64,000 nucleotides of DNA, taken from an uncultured Gemmatimonadaceae bacterium (lineage in GTDB: Bacteria; Gemmatimonadota; Gemmatimonadetes; Gemmatimonadales; Gemmatimonadaceae). Of the stretch, positions 10,546 through 21,119 are shown piece after piece (positions within the stretch are counted from its first letter, which is position 1; every line of letters starts with the position of its first letter). Position numbers and translations under genes: made by a program. The notes below the pieces were generated by a model that saw only the letters and a program-made list of their open reading frames with translations, did no database searches and was not told the origin of the DNA. The stretch covers positions 1,472,001 to 1,536,000 of the forward strand of contig CAVXGK010000002.1 of NCBI GenBank assembly GCA_963761305.1, in the 5' to 3' direction.

Positions 10546-12528
10546 TTACGCGTGCGCCGCAAGCACCAACGAACGCGCCCGATTCTCTTCGGCGACCCTC
10601 CGCACGAACTCCTCGAGCGGAATCGCGTTCGGCTTCTGCTCTTTGCCGGCGCCGCGCACGTTGACCGCCACGCTGCCCTGCTCCGCCTCACGCCGCCCCA
10701 CGACGAGCATGTAGGGCACCTTCATGCGCGCGCCCTCGGCGACGCGATACTTGAGCGTCTCGGCGCGCGCGTCGAGGTGCGAGCGGACACCGGCGTCGTG
10801 CAGCGCCTTGTGCACCTTCGTCGCGTAGTCGGCGTATTCGTCGGTGATCGGCAGCACGCGCACCTGCTCGGGTGCGAGCCAGACCGGGAACGCACCGGCA
10901 AAGTGCTCGGTGAGGATCGCGATGAAGCGCTCGAGCGAGCCGCTCACGGCACGATGGATCACGACCGGGCGATGCATCGTGTTGTCTTCGCCGACGTACT
11001 CGAGGTCGAAGCGCTGCGGCGCGTTGTAATCGAGCTGGATGGTGCCGAGCTGCCACGAGCGGCCGATCGAATCGGTGACGTCGAAGTCGATCTTCGGGCC
11101 ATAAAAGGCGCCGTCGCCGGGCTTCAACTCGTACGCCATGCCCGTCGCGTCGAGGGCGGCGCGCAGCGCCGACTCGGCGCGATCCCACAGCGCGTCGTCG
11201 CCGATACGAACCTCGGGACGCGTCGCGAATCGCACTGTCGCGCTCAGACCGAACGTCTCGTAGTACGCCAGGATGAAGCGCAGCAGGAAATGAACTTCAT
11301 CCTTGATCTGCGCCTCGGTGATGAAGACGTGGCAATCGTCCTGCTGGAACTGGCGCACGCGCGTGAGGCCCGACAGCGCGCCCGTCACCTCGTTCCGGTG
11401 CAACACGTCGAACGTCACGTAGCGGAGTGGGAGCTCGCGGTACGAATGCTTCTTCGTGAGGTAGAGCAAATAGTGCGACGGGCAGTTCATGGGCTTGAGC
11501 GAGAAGTCGTGCTCCTTGGTCTCGGTGTCGAGCACGAGGAACATGTTCTCGCGGTACTTGCCCCAGTGACCCGAGATCTCCCACAGCCCCTTGTTGTAGA
11601 GCAGCGGCGTGCGGATCTCCTGAAAATCGTCGCGCTGGCGCTCGCGAATGAAATCGGTGATCGCGTTGTACAAGACCGTGCCCCGCTCAGTCCAGAACAC
11701 GGCGCCGGGCGAGAACGGATGCATCATGAACAGGTCGAGCTGCTTGCCGAGCACGCGGTGGTCGCGCTTCTTCGCCTCCTCGATGCGGAGGAGGTGGGCG
11801 TCGAGCTCCTCCTTCTTGAAGAAGGCGGTGCCGTAAATGCGCTGGAGCATCTGGCGCTTGGAATCGCCGCGCCAATACGCGCCCGCCGTGTGCGTGAGCT
11901 TGAAGTGCTTCACGCGCGACGTGTCGGGCACGTGCGGCCCGCGACAGAGATCGATGAACGGGCCGTCGGTGTAGGTCGAGATGATCTCGTCGTCGCTCAG
12001 TTCCGACAGGCGCTCGAGCTTGAGCGGGTCGTCGACGAAGCGGCGCTTCGCTTCGGTGCGATTCACTTCTTCACGGACGAACGGATACTTCTCCGCGGAG
12101 ACCTTCCGCATCTCGTTCTCGAACGAGGCGAGATCCTCGGGCGTGAACGGCTCGCCGACCTCGAAGTCGTAGTAGAAACCGTCGTCGATCGCGGGGCCGA
12201 AGCCGATCTTCGCGTCGGGACGCAAGCGTCGCACGGCTGTCGCGAGCATGTGCGCCGCCGAATGCCGGAGCACGCCGAGCGACGACGCGTCGCGGTCGGT
12301 GAGGACGCGGAACGACCCGCCGTTGCGGAGCGGCGTGGCGAGATCCTGAATCTGGCCGTTCACCTCGACGGCGACGGCCGCTTGCAGGAGGCGCTCGCCG
12401 ATGGACCGCACGACCTCGGCGGGAAGCGTGCCGCGCGACACGCTGCGCGTCGACCCGTCGGGGAGCGTGAGAGTGAGCGCGTCCCCATTCGACGATGGGG
12501 ACGGGTTGGGCGCTGACTGATCGATCAT
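10546..12528 (-). CDS. thrS: threonine--tRNA ligase
   Basis: TGS domain, RHSAAH, DLCRGPH, KPMNCP, GLTRVRQF, AFYGPKID; start taken at ATG 12528. Confidence 0.97.
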   Translation of the reverse strand: MIDQSAPNPSPSSNGDALTLTLPDGSTRSVSRGTLPAEVVRSIGERLLQAAVAVEVNGQIQDLATPLRNGGSFRVLTDRDASSLGVLRHSAAHMLATAVRRLRPDAKIGFGPAIDDGFYYDFEVGEPFTPEDLASFENEMRKVSAEKYPFVREEVNRTEAKRRFVDDPLKLERLSELSDDEIISTYTDGPFIDLCRGPHVPDTSRVKHFKLTHTAGAYWRGDSKRQMLQRIYGTAFFKKEELDAHLLRIEEAKKRDHRVLGKQLDLFMMHPFSPGAVFWTERGTVLYNAITDFIRERQRDDFQEIRTPLLYNKGLWEISGHWGKYRENMFLVLDTETKEHDFSLKPMNCPSHYLLYLTKKHSYRELPLRYVTFDVLHRNEVTGALSGLTRVRQFQQDDCHVFITEAQIKDEVHFLLRFILAYYETFGLSATVRFATRPEVRIGDDALWDRAESALRAALDATGMAYELKPGDGAFYGPKIDFDVTDSIGRSWQLGTIQLDYNAPQRFDLEYVGEDNTMHRPVVIHRAVSGSLERFIAILTEHFAGAFPVWLAPEQVRVLPITDEYADYATKVHKALHDAGVRSHLDARAETLKYRVAEGARMKVPYMLVVGRREAEQGSVAVNVRGAGKEQKPNAIPLEEFVRRVAEENRARSLVLAAHA

Positions 12529-12698
12529 CGTGGTGCGTCGGAGGTGTTGGCCCGTTCCGCGCGCAAGGGAAACTGAGCGACGGCGCTCGCTCGGGACCGT
12601 GGGCCTTGTTCTTGCACGCTCAGCCGCCACGCCCCTCGCGCTTTCCAACAGCGTAACCTATCGTTGTAGAACAACCTCCGCCACAGGGCTCGCGCGCC

Positions 12699-13355
12699 AT
12701 GTCACCAATACGCTATCGCGACGAAGGCTCGTCCAAAGGCATCATTCTCGGCGCGGTGGTCGGCGCCATCGCCGGACTCGCCGCCGGGATGTACCTGGCT
12801 CAGAACGCCGGCGCACGCAAGCGAACCGAGATTGGCGACGCGGACGAAGAGCGCCATGAGCATCTGCGCGGCGCGCGCGCGACTTCCGGCGGCGAGGAGC
12901 TCGACGAGGATTTCGAGGACGCGGTCGAGTTCGAGGATTCGGAGTTCGAGGGCGGCGACGACGACGAGTACGAATCGGATGACTACGACATCACGCTCGA
13001 GGAGCGGGTGCTCGAGGCCTTCCGCAACGACCCCGTCCTCTCGACGCGCGCCGTCGACATCGGCTCATTGCGCGCCGGCGTGATCGAGCTCGCGGGCGTC
13101 GTCGAAACCGCCCAGGAAGCCCAGCACGCCGTTACGATCGCGCGCGGCGTTCCGGGTGTGCAGACGGTCGTGAACCGGATCGTGACCGGAATTCACGAGC
13201 CGCGCTACCACGAGGCGCACGGCAGTCACCAAACGCACGACGTCGAGCGCAAGGTGAGCGAGTCGCGTGCGCTGCGGGCCGACATGCCGGAGAAACCGTC
13301 GTCGAACATCCTGCGCGCGGACGAACCGCCGCGCGACGTGACCGGCGCGCCGTAG
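12699..13355 (+). CDS. membrane-anchored BON-domain protein with acidic linker
   Basis: N-terminal hydrophobic helix, D/E-rich tract, BON-like GVIELAGVV..AVTIARGVPGVQTVVNRI. Confidence 0.75.
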   Translation: MSPIRYRDEGSSKGIILGAVVGAIAGLAAGMYLAQNAGARKRTEIGDADEERHEHLRGARATSGGEELDEDFEDAVEFEDSEFEGGDDDEYESDDYDITLEERVLEAFRNDPVLSTRAVDIGSLRAGVIELAGVVETAQEAQHAVTIARGVPGVQTVVNRIVTGIHEPRYHEAHGSHQTHDVERKVSESRALRADMPEKPSSNILRADEPPRDVTGAP

Positions 13356-13364
13356 CGCGCCTGC

Positions 13365-14282
13365 TCAGGGTTTCTTGAGGTACTGAGGCGGAAGCGGGCT
13401 GTCCGGCCGCTCCGCCTGCCAGTAGACAGTCACGATCCACCATCGCGCCCCGTCGTTCAACAGTTGAATGCTGTTGATGCCGCGTGCGAACGGCTTTTCG
13501 TCGTTCGCCGTGTGGCGTGACTCGTACGTGCTGAAGGCGTGCGCGATTCCGCCGAACACCTCTCCGGTGCGCGCCACCTCGTGCTCGAAGAAGCCGTTCT
13601 CTTCGAGGCCGGTCTTGGCTTGCGTCGCGTACTCGTCTGGCGTCTCGACGCGAGCCACCGCCTTGCGGTCGCGGTTGAGACCACTGGGGATGAGTCGCGC
13701 GCCCGGAACGAACAGCGCCTTGAAGCGCTCCCAATCGCGATGCTGACACGCCGGTCCGGAGATCACGTCATAGAGCGCGGCAATGATCGCGTCCTCCGAC
13801 GCGACGTCCTTTGGATCGGCGACACCGGGCGTCGTGGTCGTGGGCGGTTCTCGATACGCCGTGCACCCCTCCAGCGGCGCTCCCGGCGGAAGGAGGCGGA
13901 GGCCAAAGCCCTTCGCGACGAGCGGATCGGTGTCGCTCACGTCCACGGTTCCGCGGGAGTAGGCAGCCGAGGCGCGCTCCTTGGCGAGAAACTCGAGGTG
14001 CGTCGGTTGATTCACGAAGATCCGCACGACGTCGAGTCCGCCCGTCGTGCTCCTCAGTTGGAGCATTCCGTTGGGCGGGATCTGCGGCTGGTATTTCGCC
14101 GCGTACGCCTTCGCAACGGCGGTGTCGCCAGAGTTGAGGGCGTCGAGCCAGGCCTGGAGCACTGTTCCCGCTCGCGTAGAGGGAATTGCGACAGGCGTCG
14201 TGGGCGCGGCAGGCGATTGAGCGGGCGCGCCAGCGGCGACGAAGAACGCGGCGGCCAAGGCGAGCGCGATGCGGTGGGACAT
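13365..14282 (-). CDS. exported two-domain hypothetical protein, C-terminal NTF2/SnoaL-like domain
   Basis: Signal peptide; IIAALYDVISG..RDWERFKALF, GGIAHAFSTYE, RGINSIQL. Confidence 0.7.
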   Translation of the reverse strand: MSHRIALALAAAFFVAAGAPAQSPAAPTTPVAIPSTRAGTVLQAWLDALNSGDTAVAKAYAAKYQPQIPPNGMLQLRSTTGGLDVVRIFVNQPTHLEFLAKERASAAYSRGTVDVSDTDPLVAKGFGLRLLPPGAPLEGCTAYREPPTTTTPGVADPKDVASEDAIIAALYDVISGPACQHRDWERFKALFVPGARLIPSGLNRDRKAVARVETPDEYATQAKTGLEENGFFEHEVARTGEVFGGIAHAFSTYESRHTANDEKPFARGINSIQLLNDGARWWIVTVYWQAERPDSPLPPQYLKKP

Positions 14283-14352
14283 CGGGGCTCCGGTTCAGTG
14301 TCAACTCTACGATAACATGCTTTGCTGGCCGAAAGCCTTATTTTTCATGGAT

Positions 14353-17166
14353 ATGTCCGAACTTCCTGATCGCTTCGACTTTGCGACGGCCGAGCCGGAG
14401 ATCTACGCGTCCTGGCTCGCCGCGAACTGCTTTCATATCGAGTCGTCGGAGTCGGACCGGGTCGGCGGCGGGAGCGACCCGTACACGATCGTCATGCCGC
14501 CGCCGAACGTCACGGCGATCCTGCACGTCGGCCACGGACTCAACAACACGATCCAGGACGTGATCATCCGCTGGGTGCGGATGAAGGGCGCGGGCGCGCT
14601 TTGGGTGCCTGGCACCGATCACGCCGGCATCGCGACGCAGAACGTCGTCGAGAAAATACTCGCCGCCGAGGGAAAGACGCGCTCCGACCTCGGGCGTGAA
14701 GCGTTCGTGAAGCGGACCGAGAAGTTCGTCGAGGAAACCGGCGGCGTGATCCTTCAACAGTTGAAGGCGATCGGCGCGTCGGCGGACTGGACGCGCACGG
14801 CGTACACGCTGTCGCCCGAACTCTCGCGCGCGGTGCGCGAGGCGTTCGTGCGTCTCTACGAGCGCGGACTCATCTATCGCGGCTATCGCGTGATCCACTG
14901 GTGTCCGCGCTGCCTCACGTCGCTCAGCGACGAAGAGGCGGAGTTCCACGATGAGCCGGGCACGCTCTATCACATCGCCTATCCGGTGGACGGACAGCCG
15001 GGTCGCACGCTGACGATCGCCACGACGCGCCCGGAGACGATGCTCGCCGACGTGGCGGTGGCGGTGAATCCGAACGACGACCGCTATCGCGATCTCGTGG
15101 GAAAAACGGTGACGCTGCCGATCGTCGAGCGTTCGATCCCCGTGATCGCCGACGAGTACGCGGATCCGGAATTCGGCACGGGCGTGGTGAAGATCACGCC
15201 GGCGCACGACGCGAACGACTTCGAGGTGGGAAAGCGTCATTCCCTGCCGATGCCGATCGTGATCGACGAGCACGCCGTCGTGCGCGAGGTGAAAGACGCC
15301 GAGGGCCGTGTGCCGCCGTCGATCAGCGGGCTCGATCGCTTCGATGCGCGCGAAAAGATCGTGGACATGCTGCGCGCGTCGGGCGCGTTGCAGAAAACCG
15401 AGGCGCATCAACACGCCGTGCGGCACTGCTACCGGTGCGACACGGTGGTCGAGCCGCGCCTGTCGGATCAATGGTTCGTGAAGATGGCGCCGCTAGCCGC
15501 GCCTGCGTTGCAAGGTTTCCGCGACGGCGCGATCCGAATCCTGCCCGAGCGGTGGGAAGCGGTGTACGTGAATTGGCTCACGGGCATCCGAGACTGGAAC
15601 ATCTCGCGCCAACTCTGGTGGGGACACCGCATCCCGGTGTGGTACTGCGACGAGTGCGACCCGCCGCAGAACATCATCGTGAGCCGCGACGACATCACGA
15701 AGTGCCCGCACTGCGACTGCCCGGTGCGGCAAGACGAGGACGTGCTCGACACGTGGTTCTCGTCGTGGCTCTGGCCGATCTCCACGCTCGGCTGGCCCGA
15801 CGAAGTCGCGCCCGATCTCGACGCATTCTACCCGACCGACACGCTCGTCACAGCACCGGAGATTCTTTTCTTCTGGGTCGCCCGCATGGTCATGTCGGGC
15901 TACGAGTTCATGGGACGCGCGCCGTTCCACACGGTGTACCTCACCGGCACGGCGCGCGACACGCAGCATCGCAAGATGTCCAAGTCGCTCGGCAACGGCA
16001 TCGACCCGCTCGACGTCGTGAAACTCTACGGCGCCGACGCGCTGCGCTGGACGCTCGTCGCCGGCATGGGCATGGGCGCCGACGTGATCCTCGACCCGGC
16101 GGACATCGACAAATCGTTCGCGACGGGGCGCAACTTCGTCACGAAGCTCTGGAACATCGGGCGATTCCTGCTCGACAAAGTGGGAACCGAGCCGGTCGCG
16201 CGGGTTAGTGAGCTCGATGAATCCGCGCTCACCCGCGCCGACCAGTGGATTCTCCACCGCCTCCGCGCCGCGATCGACGAATGCGACGAGGCGCTGGGAC
16301 CACTGCGTCCGGAAGAGGAGCACGACTCGGCGGATCAGCGCATCTGGCGCGAACTCGAGCGAAACGCCGGACTGCGGCTCAACGAATACGCCGAATCCGC
16401 CCGGCGGTTCGTGTGGAACGAACTCGCCGACTGGTATTTGGAATCTCTCAAGAGCCGTCTCGACGCGAACGGAGACGACCGCGACGTGGCGCGCGCCGTG
16501 CTGGTGCACGCGTTCGACTGCGCGCTCAGGCTTCTCCATCCGATCGTGCCGTTCGTGACCGAAGCGCTCTGGCAACGCCTGCCCGGCCGCGAACCGGATC
16601 AGTTCCTGGCTCGCGCCGACTGGCCGGCGCACATCGACCGCGACGCGCTCGACAACGCCGTCGCACTCCACTTCGAGGATCTCGACGACTCCGCCGAGGA
16701 GTTCGAGCTGGTGCGCGAAGCGGTGCTCGCGGTGCGGCAGATCCGCGCCGAGAACAACGTCGCCCCGGGCAAATCGGTCGACGTGTTGTTGCGCGCCGAG
16801 AACGCGGCTCTCCAGGACATCCTCGGTGACGAGGCGGCAACGATCGGACGTTTGAGCCGGGCCGACGCACGTCTCGCCGACGGCGCGTCCGTCGGCGCGG
16901 CAGCGCACGCGGTTCTCGCCGGCGGCGCGGAAGTGATCATCCCGCTGGCCGGTTTGATCGACCTCACCAAGGAATGCGCGCGGCTTCGCGCCGAAGTGGC
17001 GCAGCTCACGACCCAGATCGGATCGCGAGAGGCGCGGTTGTCGAACGCCAAGTATCTCGAGCGCGCGCCGGCGGACGTCGTCGCCGGCGACCGCGCGATT
17101 CTCGAGGAGATGAAATCGAAGCGCGACCAACTCACAGACCGGGTGCATTCATTGTGCGGCGGCTGA
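14353..17166 (+). CDS. valS: valine--tRNA ligase
   Basis: PPPNVT..LHVGH, GTDHAGIATQ, ATTRPET, WNISRQLWWGHRIP, KMSKS, C-terminal coiled coil; start 14347 or 14353. Confidence 0.97.
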   Translation: MSELPDRFDFATAEPEIYASWLAANCFHIESSESDRVGGGSDPYTIVMPPPNVTAILHVGHGLNNTIQDVIIRWVRMKGAGALWVPGTDHAGIATQNVVEKILAAEGKTRSDLGREAFVKRTEKFVEETGGVILQQLKAIGASADWTRTAYTLSPELSRAVREAFVRLYERGLIYRGYRVIHWCPRCLTSLSDEEAEFHDEPGTLYHIAYPVDGQPGRTLTIATTRPETMLADVAVAVNPNDDRYRDLVGKTVTLPIVERSIPVIADEYADPEFGTGVVKITPAHDANDFEVGKRHSLPMPIVIDEHAVVREVKDAEGRVPPSISGLDRFDAREKIVDMLRASGALQKTEAHQHAVRHCYRCDTVVEPRLSDQWFVKMAPLAAPALQGFRDGAIRILPERWEAVYVNWLTGIRDWNISRQLWWGHRIPVWYCDECDPPQNIIVSRDDITKCPHCDCPVRQDEDVLDTWFSSWLWPISTLGWPDEVAPDLDAFYPTDTLVTAPEILFFWVARMVMSGYEFMGRAPFHTVYLTGTARDTQHRKMSKSLGNGIDPLDVVKLYGADALRWTLVAGMGMGADVILDPADIDKSFATGRNFVTKLWNIGRFLLDKVGTEPVARVSELDESALTRADQWILHRLRAAIDECDEALGPLRPEEEHDSADQRIWRELERNAGLRLNEYAESARRFVWNELADWYLESLKSRLDANGDDRDVARAVLVHAFDCALRLLHPIVPFVTEALWQRLPGREPDQFLARADWPAHIDRDALDNAVALHFEDLDDSAEEFELVREAVLAVRQIRAENNVAPGKSVDVLLRAENAALQDILGDEAATIGRLSRADARLADGASVGAAAHAVLAGGAEVIIPLAGLIDLTKECARLRAEVAQLTTQIGSREARLSNAKYLERAPADVVAGDRAILEEMKSKRDQLTDRVHSLCGG

Positions 17167-18464
17167 CGGCCGTCGTCGCCGCCTGGTGCCTCGTCGCCTG
17201 TGCGTCGGCGGGCGCGCCGCCCGGCGGCCCCGAGGACCACGACCCGCCCGTCATCGTGTCGATCAAGCCGGATTCGGGCACCGTCAACGTGAGGCCGAAG
17301 CAGATCGACTTTCAGTTCGACGAAGTCGTCGCGCAAGCGGCACTCGGCGCGACGGATCTCTCGAAGCTTTTTCTGATCTCGCCGATGGACGGCGATCCGG
17401 ACATCTCGTGGCATCGCTCGCGCATCACGGTCAAGCCGCGCAAAGCATTTCGCGCCAATACCGCGTACGTCGTGACGATGCTGGCCGGACTCGGCGACCT
17501 TCGCGGGAACATCCGCAAGGAAGGCGCGTCGATCGTCTTTGCGACGGGTCCGACGGTGCCGCGGTTCGGGATCACAGGGGTGATTTTCGATTGGGCCGCA
17601 CTGCACGTCGTGGCCAACGCGCTGGTCGAGGCGCTGCCGAAGACCGACACGACCCTCGCGTTCATCGCCGTCTCCGACAGCGCGGGCCATTTCGACATCG
17701 GCCCGCTCGACACCGGCACCTACATCGTTCGCGGTTTGATAGACCAGAACGCGAATCGCAAGATCGACCGCAACGAAAAGTGGGACTCGGTCACCACCCA
17801 CGTGGTCGATGTTCGGCCGTCCGTCGAGCTCGACGCGATCGAGCGTGATTCGACGCCGCCGTTGCTGACCAACATCTCGGTGGAAGACACCGTCACGATC
17901 CGCCTCTCGTTCGACAAGTACATCGATCCGGCGACGCCGTTGCAGCCGGCGCTGGTGCAGTTGCGTGGCGCCGATTCGTCGCGCATCGAAGTGCAGCGCG
18001 TGCAGTGGGCGGCCGCGTACGATGCCTCCAAGCACGCCGCCGATTCGGCGCGCAAGGTCGACTCGACACGCCGCGCCGATTCGTTGGCCCGCGCGCGCGG
18101 TGTTACTCCCACCGCCCCACCCGTGGTCGCGGCACCACGACCGCCGCTTCCCGTCGGTGTGCCCGGCGCGCGACCAGCTCCGCCTCCAGCAAAACCAAAA
18201 GCGCCGGTGCCGGACAAGTCGATCATCGTGACGCTCGCACCACCGGCGCGGCTCCTCACCGGGCAATCGTACCGCGTCACGACGCGCGGGTTTCGGAATT
18301 TGGTCGGCAACGCGACGGAGCAGACGCGTCCCTTCCAGGTGCCGATCCCCAAGCCGCCGCCCAAGGACACGACGAAGCGCGACACAACGACTCGTGCGCG
18401 TCCGGACACAGCGCGTCCGCCGCGTCCGCCGCGGCCGCCGGCCGCCACGCGCCCGCCGCTTTAG
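17154..18464 (+). CDS. lipoprotein with Ig-like (Big_5) domains and Pro-rich tail
   Basis: GTG 17154, lipobox LVAC, PPGGPEDHDPP, FDE motif, DLRGN. Confidence 0.75.
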   Translation: MRRLTAVVAAWCLVACASAGAPPGGPEDHDPPVIVSIKPDSGTVNVRPKQIDFQFDEVVAQAALGATDLSKLFLISPMDGDPDISWHRSRITVKPRKAFRANTAYVVTMLAGLGDLRGNIRKEGASIVFATGPTVPRFGITGVIFDWAALHVVANALVEALPKTDTTLAFIAVSDSAGHFDIGPLDTGTYIVRGLIDQNANRKIDRNEKWDSVTTHVVDVRPSVELDAIERDSTPPLLTNISVEDTVTIRLSFDKYIDPATPLQPALVQLRGADSSRIEVQRVQWAAAYDASKHAADSARKVDSTRRADSLARARGVTPTAPPVVAAPRPPLPVGVPGARPAPPPAKPKAPVPDKSIIVTLAPPARLLTGQSYRVTTRGFRNLVGNATEQTRPFQVPIPKPPPKDTTKRDTTTRARPDTARPPRPPRPPAATRPPL

Positions 18465-18471
18465 CCGGCCA

Positions 18472-19836
18472 ATGACCGACGCGCGCCGAGGTCTTCCGAG
18501 CGTCACCGCGTTGCTGGAGAGCGACGGAGTGAAGTCGCTGCTCGAGCACGTCCCGCGCGGCGTGGTGGTCGAGGCGATTCGCCGCACGATCGCGTCGGTG
18601 CGGGCGTCGCACGCCGAAGCGCCGGCCGACGCCGATGGGTGGACCGCCGCCGTGGCGACCGCGGTCGACGACGCGACGCGCCGTTCGCTGCGGCGCGTGA
18701 TCAACGCCACCGGCGTCGTGCTGCACACGAACCTCGGCCGAGCGCCGCTCGCCGCCGTCGCCCTCGACGCGATCGATCACGTCGCGCGAGGGTTTTCGAA
18801 TCTCGAATACGACGTCGCCGATGGACAGCGCGGGTCGCGGTACTCGCACTGCGCGTCGCTGCTGCGCGAGTTGACGGGCGCGGAAGACGCGCTGGTCGTG
18901 AATAACTGCGCCGCGGCGCTCGTGCTCGCGCTCAACACATTGGCCGACGGGCGGACGGCGGTCGTATCGCGCGGCGAATTGATCGAGATCGGCGGCAGCT
19001 TCCGCATTCCGGAGATCATGGAACAGAGCGGCGCGCGGCTCGTCGAGGTCGGGACGACGAACCGCACCCACCTCGCCGACTACCGACGCGCGGTCGAGGA
19101 CGACGGCGCGATCATCCTCAAGGTGCACCGCAGCAACTTCGAGCAATCCGGCTTCGTGTCCGACGTTTCGGCGAGCGATCTCGCGGCGCTCGGCGCCGAA
19201 CACGGCGTGCCGGTGCTGTACGATCTCGGCAGCGGTCTGCTGACGTCGCTCGAGGCGTATGGATTGAGCGGTGAGCCGACGGCACGAGAGGCGATCATGA
19301 CCGGTGCGTCGATCGTGACGATGAGCGGCGACAAGCTGCTGGGTGGTCCGCAGGCGGGGCTCGTGCTCGGCGCGAGGCACGTCATCGAGCGGATTCGATC
19401 GAACCCGCTCACGCGTTCGTATCGCGTCGACAAGCTCACGCTGGCGGCGCTGGAAGCGACGCTCGCGCTCTACCGCGAACCGGAGCGGGCGATCCGCGAG
19501 ATCCCCGCGCTCGCCCAACTCACAGCCAACTATGCCACGCTCAAGGATCGCGCCGATCGACTCGCCGCCGCGATCGGCGACCGGCGCGTCGCTGTTGTAG
19601 ACGTGGCGTCGAGCGTCGGCGGCGGCGCGTTCCCGACGGCGACGATTCCGTCGGCCGCGCTGCGCGTCGAAGGATCGGCCGACGCCGTCGAGAAACGACT
19701 GCGCGGTCGCGAGCCGGCGATCATTGCGCGCATCGCCGACGGAAACGTGCTGCTCGACGTGCGGACGATCTTCGCCGCCGACGAGGACGAGATCGTCCGC
19801 GGCGTACGCGGGGCGTTGGAAGCGGCGTCGGCGTGA
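18472..19836 (+). CDS. selA: L-seryl-tRNA(Sec) selenium transferase
   Basis: VINATGVVLHTNLGRA, SRGELIEIGGSFRIP, EVGTTNRTH, SGDKLLGGPQAG. Confidence 0.95.
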   Translation: MTDARRGLPSVTALLESDGVKSLLEHVPRGVVVEAIRRTIASVRASHAEAPADADGWTAAVATAVDDATRRSLRRVINATGVVLHTNLGRAPLAAVALDAIDHVARGFSNLEYDVADGQRGSRYSHCASLLRELTGAEDALVVNNCAAALVLALNTLADGRTAVVSRGELIEIGGSFRIPEIMEQSGARLVEVGTTNRTHLADYRRAVEDDGAIILKVHRSNFEQSGFVSDVSASDLAALGAEHGVPVLYDLGSGLLTSLEAYGLSGEPTAREAIMTGASIVTMSGDKLLGGPQAGLVLGARHVIERIRSNPLTRSYRVDKLTLAALEATLALYREPERAIREIPALAQLTANYATLKDRADRLAAAIGDRRVAVVDVASSVGGGAFPTATIPSAALRVEGSADAVEKRLRGREPAIIARIADGNVLLDVRTIFAADEDEIVRGVRGALEAASA

Positions 19837-20411
19837 CCGGCCGCCCCGGAGCGTTTCTCGACCGCGACGGCACAATCATCCACGACGCGAACTACATCCG
19901 GGATCCGAAGGACGTCGAGCTATTGCCCGGCGCGGCGGCAGCGATCGCCCGGTTGAACGCGGCCGGCGTCGCGGTTGTCGTCGTGACGAATCAATCGGGC
20001 ATCGCGCGGGGCTGGCTCACGCTCGACGACTACGAGGCGGTGCGACGCCGGATCGACGAGCTGCTCGCGGCCGACGGCCGAAACGCGCGAATCGACGCGA
20101 CGTACGTGTGCCCGCACTTCCCGGAGATCGCGGGAGCATGCGACTGCCGCAAGCCGGCGACCAAGCTGTTTCGCGATGCTATCGCCGATTACAGCATCGA
20201 CCCGGAACACTCGCTGTTCGTCGGAGACCGCTGGCGCGACGTGGCACCCGCTGCGTCGCTCGGCGGACGCGCGATCTTGCTCAACGTCGTGTCGACGCCG
20301 GCGGCGGACCGGGAGCGCGCGACGGCGGAAGGACTCGAGACGGCGGCGTCGCTCGGCGAGGCGGTCGACCGGTTTCTCGACGCGCTTCCCGCCTCGTCCG
20401 CCGGGCAATAG
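19833..20411 (+). CDS. gmhB: HAD-IIIA phosphatase, D,D-heptose 1,7-bisphosphate phosphatase-like
   Basis: FLDRDGT, TNQSGIARG, CPH..CDCRKP, VGD. Confidence 0.8.
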   Translation: MTGRPGAFLDRDGTIIHDANYIRDPKDVELLPGAAAAIARLNAAGVAVVVVTNQSGIARGWLTLDDYEAVRRRIDELLAADGRNARIDATYVCPHFPEIAGACDCRKPATKLFRDAIADYSIDPEHSLFVGDRWRDVAPAASLGGRAILLNVVSTPAADRERATAEGLETAASLGEAVDRFLDALPASSAGQ

Positions 20412-20420
20412 AATCCGCGC

Positions 20421-21119
20421 GTGACTTCGCGTATCGCGGTCCTCGCATCCGGCGGCGGGTCGAACCTCCAAGCCATTCTCGACCACTTCGACGCGCTCGG
20501 AGACCGGCGCGGGGGAAGCATCGTCGTCGTGGCGAGCGATCGATCCAACGCGGGCGCGCTCGAGCGCGCTGAGCGACACGGAATTCCCGCTGTCGTGCTG
20601 ACCGCGGACCGGAATCCGACGCAACCCTCACTCGACCGGCTTGTCGACGAGTACGAGGTCGATCTCATCGCGCTCGCCGGATACGTGAAGATGGTGCCCG
20701 AACACATCGTCGCGCGATTCGAGCGCCGCATGTTCAACGTGCATCCGGCGCTCCTGCCGGCGTTCGGCGGCAAGGGCATGTATGGAACGCGCGTGCACCA
20801 CGCGGTGATCGCGTCGGGGGCGCGCGTAAGCGGTGTGACCGTTCACCTGGTGGACACGCAGTACGATCACGGCGCGATCGTGGCGCAGTGGCCGGTCCCT
20901 GTATTCCGGAACGACGACGCCGGCACCCTGGCCGCCCGCGTGCTGCGCGTGGAGCACGTGCTCTATCCGAGGGTGCTCGACGCCGTCGCCGCGGCACGCT
21001 TGTCGCTTCCAGCAAACACAGCCGCCGCACCGCCGATCGACACGAAGCCGGCGTTCACACTTCTTCTACACGAGGATTCTCGTCTTGCCGAGAACATCGA
21101 GCTGGCGCTGGCTCGCTGA
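20421..21119 (+). CDS. purN: phosphoribosylglycinamide formyltransferase
   Basis: LASGGGSNLQA, NVHPALLPAFGG, GVTVHLVD..YDHG. Confidence 0.95.
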   Translation: MTSRIAVLASGGGSNLQAILDHFDALGDRRGGSIVVVASDRSNAGALERAERHGIPAVVLTADRNPTQPSLDRLVDEYEVDLIALAGYVKMVPEHIVARFERRMFNVHPALLPAFGGKGMYGTRVHHAVIASGARVSGVTVHLVDTQYDHGAIVAQWPVPVFRNDDAGTLAARVLRVEHVLYPRVLDAVAAARLSLPANTAAAPPIDTKPAFTLLLHEDSRLAENIELALAR

